In this document: piece by piece, positions 25,950-32,000 of the stretch
Position numbering within the stretch: position 1 is the first letter of the stretch
How the letters are laid out: the number at the start of each line of letters is the position of its first letter
Origin: Methanothermobacter marburgensis str. Marburg
GTDB taxonomy: Archaea > Methanobacteriota > Methanobacteria > Methanobacteriales > Methanothermobacteraceae
NCBI RefSeq assembly: GCF_000145295.1
Contig: NC_014408.1
Location: forward strand, 750,001 to 782,000
DNA: 32,000 nt
Reading direction: 5' to 3'
The notes under the pieces: model-generated
Told to the model about the DNA's origin: nothing
Database searches by the model: none
What the model saw: only the letters and a program-made list of their open reading frames with translations
Program-made: the position numbers and the translations under genes

Positions 25950-26819
25950 TCAGTAGTCTATGTAGTCGAATCTGCTCTCAAGTATCATGACGAGGGCAAA
26001 TCCGATTATACCAATCACCACGGATATTATGATGGATGTGGTATCCACCATCGCTATCTTGTTGTAGGGGAGCCTCAGGGTACCTATCATGAGGCCCACA
26101 AGAAATGACATGGTAACGGCCTCATGGTTCCTCAGCAGGTAATCCAGAACCCTTGAGAAGCTCATTATACCAATAGCCGCCCCTGCAAGGAATGTGAATA
26201 TTTCAACGATGGCCATACGGTTCAGGACCCCCAGCATGTACTCATACTGGTTCAGCAGGAGAAGTAGAAATGCACCTGAGATACCCGGCAGTATCATGGC
26301 ACATATGGCCACGAATCCAGATATGAAGACAACAGGGAGTGTGTGGTTTGCCTGTATCGGGTTGAGGCCCACGAAGAGGTAGGCGAATATGAGGCCCAGA
26401 GCACCTGATGCCAGGTTTTTGAGTGAAAAACCATCTATCTTCTGGTAGACCACATATGCTGAGGCGAGTATGAGGCCTGAGAAGAATGCGTAGGTGAATG
26501 CCACGTAGGTGGTTATGAAGAAGAGTATAACCTTTGATAGTGTGAGAATCGCACAGGCTATACCTGCAAGGAGGGGTACGAAGAGTTCAAAGTCAACCTC
26601 CTCCCTCAAGGACTTCCGGGCACCAACAAGGTCGCCGGTGATGAGGGGCTTTATGAATCCGAACCTTATCTTACTTATTGCATGGACTAACCTCTCATAG
26701 ATACCTGTTATGAGTGCGATTGTCCCGCCCGAGACACCGGGCATAACATCCGCGCTTCCCATGAAGAGTCCCCTGAGGAATATTGCCAGGAACCCCCTGA
26801 GTCTGTCATAGTAACCCAT
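25950..26819 (-). CDS. DUF368-family polytopic membrane protein (family recently linked to polyprenyl-phosphate recycling in bacteria)
   Basis: ATG at 26817-26819 with 'GGAGGAT' upstream. The signature 'MPGVSGGTIALITGIYERL' and its internal repeat 'LPGISGAFLLLLLNQYEYML' are present, with about 8 hydrophobic segments. Confidence 0.8.
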   Translation of the reverse strand: MGYYDRLRGFLAIFLRGLFMGSADVMPGVSGGTIALITGIYERLVHAISKIRFGFIKPLITGDLVGARKSLREEVDFELFVPLLAGIACAILTLSKVILFFITTYVAFTYAFFSGLILASAYVVYQKIDGFSLKNLASGALGLIFAYLFVGLNPIQANHTLPVVFISGFVAICAMILPGISGAFLLLLLNQYEYMLGVLNRMAIVEIFTFLAGAAIGIMSFSRVLDYLLRNHEAVTMSFLVGLMIGTLRLPYNKIAMVDTTSIIISVVIGIIGFALVMILESRFDYIDY

Positions 26820-26941
26820 TTAAATCCTCCATGATCATGAATTGAAGAAGATATTTATAACCAGCCACCTTATAAATGTAGCTTCCCCGATGCATATGGC
26901 TGAGAATTGATGTGAATTCTAATTACCCTCATAAATGTACC

Positions 26942-27811
26942 CTACCAGACCTCTGAGGCATGTTTTCTCAGGGCATCCACTATCCTTTTCACCTTGCTCT
27001 CACCCAGCATGAGGCGGCTCTCCATTATATGCTCCGGGACATGGCAGGGCTTCAGGATCCTGCAGTGCTCATCCTCCTCCATGATGGTGCAGGAGGCGCT
27101 GAGGAATGCAACCACAGCATTAACCCATGAGACATAGATATCCCTGGTTTCAAGGAATTCCTTGAGGGCTGCGGCATTTCTCTTGGCCTGGATGGACGGT
27201 GACCTGACCTCCTCCTTTCTGAGTTCATCGTTAAGGAACCAGCGGTCACCCTTCACGATGTAGTTCCCTGAATAGGACTTTGTCTCTATCACGTAGACCC
27301 CGGTTGGCCCCACAACCACGTGGTCCATGTTCCCGTATGCCCCCGGGAGCTTGATGTCGTTCAGGATATGATACCCTTCAGGCAGGCGTCTGAGGCAGTT
27401 TGTCACTATGAGTTCACCCTCATGTCCCTTTCTCCAGCCCATACCTCTTCTTTCACTGGCCCTTATCAGTGGCACCGAGAGGGCCATGAGAATGATTCCC
27501 AGAAGCACGGGTGTGATGCCCCATGTCGTGCCTGTGACTGTAAGTAATATTCCGGCAGGTGTCATCAATGCCCCTGCAATGAGGATGAGGTTCCCGCCCC
27601 TCCAGAGCCTCCAGTAGTTATCGGCCTTCCTGTGGGTGTGGGTTTTTCTGCTGGATTCAGGGACATGTTTGGTGATTTTACGGTATTCGTTGAGGTTTTT
27701 AACGTAGAGGAGTGGTGAGCCGCATTCATCACACATGTGGAATGCCCAGAATTCTTCCTCACTGTTGATCTGCCAGTAGTGGTTACAGTTCTCGCATATG
27801 AGGTAGGCCAT
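26942..27811 (-). CDS. Zn-ribbon / two-TM / NERD (nuclease-related) domain protein
   Basis: I prefer ATG 27809-27811 ('MAYLICENCNHYW...CDECGSP', a CxxC...CxxC ribbon). Two TM helices follow ('LILIAGALMTPAGILLTV', 'ITPVLLGIILMALSVPLI'). The NERD core is 'GHEGELIVTNCLRRLPEGYHILNDIKLPGAYGNMDHVVVGPTGVYVIETKSYSG'. The track start at 27976 adds 55 unconvincing residues. Confidence 0.8.
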   Translation of the reverse strand: MAYLICENCNHYWQINSEEEFWAFHMCDECGSPLLYVKNLNEYRKITKHVPESSRKTHTHRKADNYWRLWRGGNLILIAGALMTPAGILLTVTGTTWGITPVLLGIILMALSVPLIRASERRGMGWRKGHEGELIVTNCLRRLPEGYHILNDIKLPGAYGNMDHVVVGPTGVYVIETKSYSGNYIVKGDRWFLNDELRKEEVRSPSIQAKRNAAALKEFLETRDIYVSWVNAVVAFLSASCTIMEEDEHCRILKPCHVPEHIMESRLMLGESKVKRIVDALRKHASEVW

Positions 27812-27982
27812 GATATCACTTGAAAGAGATTTCCCTTTCCTACTTATAGGGGGGAGGTGATTATATTCTTTTCCATGTGTGCTGTTTTGTGTGCTTATGA
27901 CAATACTGTCGCCGCATAAAACACTTCTTGTCAATGTAGCAGCCAAGACCTCTATCATTAATGTGGAGAATAACAAGCCAAT

Positions 27983-28262
27983 GATATACAGGATGTGTAT
28001 ATCATGATATACATGAGGTGTATATAACTCTCCGAGGGTACCCCCCGGTTGGGGCTGATATCGATATACATATATCGTAATACATCAGCTGATATACGTG
28101 GTGTGTATATCGGGGGGTGTGGGGGTGATATACACTGAGGGTATGCCTGTAGGGCCGCCCTGATATACATATACACGATATATATATCAGGGTTTTCTCC
28201 AGGAGACCTTCGCTGGGTTATATACAGGGTGTGTATATCATGATATACAGCATGTGTATACA
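27983..28262. repeat. array of six 21-bp palindromes GATATACA-N5-TGTATATC plus two related palindromes, arranged symmetrically around a G-rich core
   Basis: U1 27983-28003; U2 28006-28026; U3 28091-28111; U4 28127-28147 (right arm degenerate); U5 28219-28239; U6 28242-28262. Related elements are 'GATATACATATATC' at 28063-28076 and 'GATATACA...GATATATATATC' at 28162-28188. The G-rich core 'GGGGGGTGTGGGGG' spans 28112-28125. Confidence 0.85.
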
Positions 28263-28426
28263 GTATGAAAAAATCAAAAACAGAGTTATCATGTCTTTTT
28301 TGATCATCCAAGTAATTTCCAACTTTTTCCAGAGGTTCTCCTATGAGGGTTCATATGATAATGCCTCAGATAGGTACAGATTCGGTGCAAAATACAGGTA
28401 TCTGTATCATATGATGTATATGTGGC

Positions 28427-28526
28427 GATGAATCTGGAGGTTTTTCGGGGCATTTTATTTTTATCAAATAACACATTAAGATGAATCTGGAGTTTTCAGG
28501 CGGATTTCATTTCCATCTTATAACAC
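28427..28526. repeat. 53-bp-period tandem repeat (2 copies) just downstream of the kinase gene stop
   Basis: Both copies (28427-28474 and 28480-28526) start 'GATGAATCTGGAG', continue with T-rich tracts and end 'ATAACAC'. By-eye identity is about 70%. Confidence 0.75.
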
Positions 28527-28582
28527 CTTGATTTATCTTCGTTAAACGTCACTATTACGAAGGTATTGTTAATGGCTGCAAC

Positions 28583-30265
28583 CTATTCATCCCTCTCCCT
28601 GAAAACAATAGTGAATTTCGTACCATTATCTACCTCCAGTGTCATCTCACCGTTCAGCTGTTTGGTGAGGAGGCTCACAAGTTTAAGTCCAAGGGTATCG
28701 GTACTCGAGGGGTCGATATCCTCTGGAAGACCCACACCATCATCTGCCACCACCAGTTCTACTGAACCGTCGGCCCTTCTCATACCTATGGTTATGGTGC
28801 CTCTTCCATCGGGAAATGCATATTTGATGCTGTTGGTTACAAGTTCGTTGATGAGCAGCCCGAGGGGAATGGCAGTGTCCAGGTCAAGTTCCATGTCCTC
28901 AATCTCAAGATCTTTCCTGACACTTACCCCATGGGATATTATTATGTCCCCAACCAGTTTCTCCACGTATTCCCTGAAATTGACCCTCTCCAGTGACTCT
29001 GACTGGTAAAGGTGTTCATGTATCATTGCCATGGCCTTTATCCTTCCCTGACTCTCCCTGACTATTTTACGGAGTTCTTCATCCCCTATCCTTGAAAGCT
29101 GAAGGTTCAGGAGGCTTGAGATTATCTGGAGGTTGTTCTTGACCCGATGGTGTATCTCCCGGAGAAGCACCTCCTTCTCCCGGAGGGACCTGCGGATCTC
29201 CTCCTCAGCCTCCCTGATATCTGTGACATCGACAAGGGAAGCCACGGTCATTGTGGTTCCAGGGATGCGATCCGCATTCATCCTTATGTACTTTATGTTC
29301 CCATGACGGTCACGGAACCTGAAGTTATAGATTCTTGGAACGGCATCAGGGTCCTTCAACCAGAGATGGTAATATTCTTCCATTCTCTTGAGATCCTCAT
29401 CTGCTAAGAATTCCCTCCAGCTCTTCTTACCCTCTATCTCCTCCCTGGAGTAGCCGCTGAGCCTCTCAAATTCCCTGTTAGCCATCAGTATGGTGGTGTC
29501 CTCATCAACTATGGTTGTCGCAGAACCGGTATTCTCGAATATGCTCCTGTATAATCGCTCCTTCTCCTTAAGCTCATCCTCAAGCTGTTTACGTTCTGTT
29601 AGATCCCTGTAGACAGCGACCACCTCTCCTGAAGGCAGGCGGTAGACGAAGTTTTCCTTCCAGCCACTTATCCTGTCATCACTGTAAAAGGCGATGGGGA
29701 AGTGTTCTGCCCTTCCAGTCCTGTATACTCTCCTTAGAACATCAAGAAGCCCGAAATCATCCACACCTGGAAAGACCTCAGTCACCCTCCTCCCGATTAT
29801 CTCCTCCTTATTCACCCTCTCAATACGTTCAGCTGCACGGTTGAAATCCCTGATTACGAAGTCCTCACCATCATCAACCGCCTCATAGACAGCCACGCAG
29901 CTATCGATGTACTCAAAGAGCTTTTTGTAGCGCTCCTCCCCAAGGATGATCCTGCTCATGAGAAAATCAATGCAACTTTTAAGGTCGTCATCATCCACGG
30001 GCTTCTCAATGCAGCCATATGGACAGGTCAATACAAGATTCCCTTCATCCTCAAAGTCTATGAGGTACATGAGGGGGATCCCCGTGTCTCCAGGACCCCA
30101 AGCCCCCACCCTCTGGGGGGTTGTGTATATGAGGATCAGGTCATGTTCAGTTTTCCTGGCATCTTTAAGATCTGTGGCCACATCCACACTGAAACCATGG
30201 CGCCTCAGTTTTTCCTCTAAGTCAGGAGCACTATCAATATCCTTAACGAGAAGAATCCTGAACAT
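28583..30265 (-). CDS. sensor kinase: degenerate (pseudo-)receiver - PAS - PAS - HisKA_2-type kinase core
   Basis: ATG at 30263-30265 with 'GAGGTGA' upstream. PAS openings are 'RYKKLFEYIDSCVAVYE' and 'LYRSIFENTGSATTIVD'. H-box 'EIHHRVKNNLQIISSLL', then 'ELVTNSIKYAFP' and 'VADDGVGLP'. The N-terminal REC-like fold lacks the phospho-acceptor Asp ('DLILIYT' versus 'DIILMDI'). Confidence 0.88.
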   Translation of the reverse strand: MFRILLVKDIDSAPDLEEKLRRHGFSVDVATDLKDARKTEHDLILIYTTPQRVGAWGPGDTGIPLMYLIDFEDEGNLVLTCPYGCIEKPVDDDDLKSCIDFLMSRIILGEERYKKLFEYIDSCVAVYEAVDDGEDFVIRDFNRAAERIERVNKEEIIGRRVTEVFPGVDDFGLLDVLRRVYRTGRAEHFPIAFYSDDRISGWKENFVYRLPSGEVVAVYRDLTERKQLEDELKEKERLYRSIFENTGSATTIVDEDTTILMANREFERLSGYSREEIEGKKSWREFLADEDLKRMEEYYHLWLKDPDAVPRIYNFRFRDRHGNIKYIRMNADRIPGTTMTVASLVDVTDIREAEEEIRRSLREKEVLLREIHHRVKNNLQIISSLLNLQLSRIGDEELRKIVRESQGRIKAMAMIHEHLYQSESLERVNFREYVEKLVGDIIISHGVSVRKDLEIEDMELDLDTAIPLGLLINELVTNSIKYAFPDGRGTITIGMRRADGSVELVVADDGVGLPEDIDPSSTDTLGLKLVSLLTKQLNGEMTLEVDNGTKFTIVFRERDE

Positions 30266-30300
30266 TCACCTCAGCCCCTGTACTAATTATATTTTCATCC

Positions 30301-30977
30301 TCACCCTCTGAATAGCTTTTTGGTCCCCATCTCAGGGTTTGAGGCGATACGCTGCAGGTCGCCTCCGGGGATGTTCACCATGACATCCCCCTAACCACAT
30401 GCACCTCCTTGAGCCCACATCCCCGAATCCATAGGTCACCTTACCTGTGAGGTAGGGGGAGTGATGCCATTGAGCTGCATATGGGTCCTGAGTCGGCCCC
30501 GAGGCCATGTGAACCTGAGTCATAGGCGTTGGCATGGAGGACCTCCATTGCCTGCCTGGCATTGCAGAGGATGAATATAACGTCTGGCTCATATTCAGCA
30601 AGTTGAAGGGGGGCAAATATAAGGGCACTGAAGACCCCCGGTTCAATGTTCAGGTTATCCCCTCCATGAGCGCTGCACCGCCGGTATGTTCCTGTAGACC
30701 TCCATGGGCACAGGGAAAGCGCCGCTTCGCATGTTAGCTGGGAATTCGGATGGATCCCTCAGGCCAGTGTACCTCGCACCCCCCATGCACTCCTCCTCAT
30801 CCCTGGTCGCATAGAAGACCTCCCCATTCATTGCCTTCACGAGTTTTTCACAGAACCTTGATTTACCATTCTCCCTTTCAATGTTTGCTGGCTCCCTGAC
30901 GGACCATTTTATGGCCACAGGTTCATTTTCAAGTTTTAAGACTTCCTTAAGTTTTTCCCCAGTTCCTTAGTATCCAA
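30301..30977 (-). pseudogene. DUF169-like gene disrupted by at least four frameshifts
   Basis: Stitched minus-strand reading: '(L)DTKELG | EKLKEVLKLENEPVAIKWSVREPANIERENGKSRFCEKLVKAMNGEVFYATRDEEECMGGARYTGL... | DNLNIEPGVFSALIFAPLQLAEYEPDVIFILCNARQAMEVLHANAYDSGSHGLGADSGPICSSMASLP | YLTGKVTYGFGDVGSRR... | DDVMVNIPGGDLQRIASNPEM...*'. Frame changes lie near 30955, 30655, 30440 and 30385. The family call (DUF169, 'PVA.KF ... FC ... C.GG ... EPDV') is from memory. Confidence 0.65.
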
Positions 30978-31179
30978 TAAAACCCGCTATTATCACGTAT
31001 TTAATTTGTTTTTGAATAATCGTTTCCTGGGATACTGCGTTCTGAAAATTTAGATGCGAGGTCCAGTTGTGACGACACAGTAGTTGAAATAGTAGTTTTT
31101 GTGTATGGACCTTTCTAAAGTGTTTAAGGCTTCTTCTAGTTTTTAGTGATTCAGATACTTATCAGGCTAAAATAAGCAC

Positions 31180-32000
31180 TTAACCGATAAGTTTCTTTTT
31201 CAGTTTTTTGAATTCTTCTTCTGTGAGTATTCCGCTTTCTACCAGTTCGCTGGCCTTTTTTATCTCATCCACAACGCTTATTGTGGGGGTGGAGGATGTT
31301 CCACTTTTTAATTTTTCTATTCTCTCTTTTATTTTAAGGGCGATTTTATATTCTTTTTCTCCATCAAATGTGACCGTATTCTCATCATTGGTTGAAGATA
31401 CACCACCACCAGTTTTCTCGAACCCCCCAGGTACTGTAAACTGGATGTATCCAACGGTGAATCCTGGTTTTTTTATTTCGACACCTGTAATATCTTGCAA
31501 GTATATTGTTTTTGTCCCTTTGGTTAAACTTCCATAGAAAAGGATTGACTTAAGGCCCTCTCTTTTTATCTCGACACGGTTATCATAAAGTTCAACCTGT
31601 CCGTTCCTGCCATCTAAGAAAAAAAGAGGCCTTGTGGTTTTTTGTTCGTATTCAGTTTCTAAAGGATCTGCGCTGCTATCCTCCAAATCAGGATTTTTTG
31701 GAGGTAGAAGAAGTTCTTCTGCCCTATCTAGATACTCTCTTCTGAGGTTGTATACTCTGAATTTGCCATTGTAGGTAAAGGTAAGCTGTGATAGTATCCT
31801 TCCAATTTTAACATCCTCCATATTACTTCTCAGAAAAACTTCCTTTTTTCCACTTTTTTCACCGGTTAGATTTCTCTTATGTACTATTACAGCATCCCTT
31901 GTTATTTCAATATCATCACCACCAGAGGGTGCTTCAAAGTATACCAGGATGTTCTGAAGATCCTTTCCGCAGTTTGTGCAAAATTTGACAGCTTCAGCAT
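31180..32000 (-). CDS. Zn-ribbon / tandem PH-like (DUF4429- or bPH-type) / SHOCT-domain protein, 5' end outside the window
   Basis: The frame stays open upstream of the track's ATG (31821) to the window edge: '...EAVKFCTNCGKDLQNILVYFEAPSGGDDIEITRDAVIVHKRNLTGEKSGKKEVFLRSN-MEDVKIG...'. The C-terminal 'ELVESGILTEEEFKKLKKKLIG' is a SHOCT-type motif. 'TIYLQDITGVEIKKPGFTVGYIQFTVPGG' is PH-like. GC is low. Confidence 0.7.
   Translation of the reverse strand, partial: AEAVKFCTNCGKDLQNILVYFEAPSGGDDIEITRDAVIVHKRNLTGEKSGKKEVFLRSNMEDVKIGRILSQLTFTYNGKFRVYNLRREYLDRAEELLLPPKNPDLEDSSADPLETEYEQKTTRPLFFLDGRNGQVELYDNRVEIKREGLKSILFYGSLTKGTKTIYLQDITGVEIKKPGFTVGYIQFTVPGGFEKTGGGVSSTNDENTVTFDGEKEYKIALKIKERIEKLKSGTSSTPTISVVDEIKKASELVESGILTEEEFKKLKKKLIG

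Noticed and set aside
28051-28154. G-quadruplex formed by the G-runs (GGGG 28051-28054, GGGGGG 28112-28117, GGGGG 28121-28125, GGG 28139-28141, GGG 28152-28154)
   Set aside because: Only two runs are close together. The other loops would be 14-57 nt, outside canonical G4 geometry.
27983-28262. CRISPR array interpretation of the palindrome cluster
   Set aside because: The units are 21 bp with irregular spacing (2, 64, 15, 71 and 2 bp). Two pairs are directly abutted with no spacers of uniform length. There are no cas genes or leader in the window.
27983-28262. Chromosomal replication origin (ORB/mini-ORB cluster)
   Set aside because: The motif does not resemble the ORB elements I remember for Methanothermobacter, and no cdc6/orc1 gene is adjacent. 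I kept it only as a low-probability hypothesis to test.
27958-28431. Track ORFs 27958-28311 (-, 117 aa) and 28231-28431 (+, 66 aa) inside the repeat-rich gap
   Set aside because: Their open frames come from the palindromic ATATAC/GTATAT repeats, giving Tyr/Ile/Met-rich low-complexity translations such as 'YIVYMYIRAALQ' and 'MYIMIYSMCIQY'. I see no RBS and no recognisable domain. A short leaderless ORF starting at ATG 28291 cannot be excluded but is unsupported.
30978-31179. tRNA, small RNA or att site in the gap between the DUF169-like pseudogene and the SHOCT gene
   Set aside because: I could find no cloverleaf-compatible arms. There is only a weak 6-bp inverted repeat (CTTATC...GATAAG) around the SHOCT gene stop. 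No other intergenic region in the window showed a tRNA- or rRNA-like sequence either.
1-32000. Insertion sequences, transposases, integrases or prophage genes that could explain the pseudogenes and repeats
   Set aside because: No ORF in any frame shows DDE, serine- or tyrosine-recombinase or terminal-inverted-repeat hallmarks that I can recognise. The decay appears to be by point deletions and one internal deletion.

Overview
The gene content, gene order and protein sequences look like a methanogen chromosome segment, most like Methanothermobacter (Methanobacteriales). That assignment is from memory, not from a search.

Bases 1-19.2 kb are a tidy, mostly intact block:
- a CoA-pathway pair (UPF0200-type P-loop kinase plus archaeal phosphopantothenate synthetase)
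- a small membrane protein and an M42 aminopeptidase
- a small hypothetical gene
- a single-domain KaiC-like ATPase
- a REC-PAS-output response regulator split by one frameshift
- bacterial-type excision repair genes uvrC (-) and uvrB-uvrA (+)
- a signalling cluster: a membrane HisKA kinase, a CheY-like regulator overlapping it by 1 nt, a REC-PAS-PAS-HisKA_2 hybrid kinase, and a REC plus methanogen-type output-domain regulator
- a DUF763-like protein and a GT4 glycosyltransferase

Bases 19.2-32 kb look like a decaying or accessory zone:
- a chlI-like/cobN-like chelatase remnant with about ten frame changes
- a 1203-aa REC-multiPAS/GAF-HisKA_2 kinase
- a PEP-utilising enzyme lacking the ATP-grasp domain
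- a DUF368 membrane protein
- a Zn-ribbon/TM/NERD protein
- a ~770-bp non-coding gap holding a dyad-symmetric array of 21-bp palindromes (GATATACA-N5-TGTATATC) and a 53-bp tandem repeat
- a pseudo-receiver-PAS-PAS-HisKA_2 kinase
- a multiply frameshifted DUF169-like pseudogene
- a low-GC Zn-ribbon/PH-like/SHOCT gene that runs off the window

I recognised no rRNA, tRNA, CRISPR array, transposase or integrase. Several intergenic regions around the repair and signalling genes carry their own tandem or inverted repeats. The most unexplained object is the palindrome array at 27983-28262. All family names are by-eye motif recognition and need HMM or BLAST confirmation.
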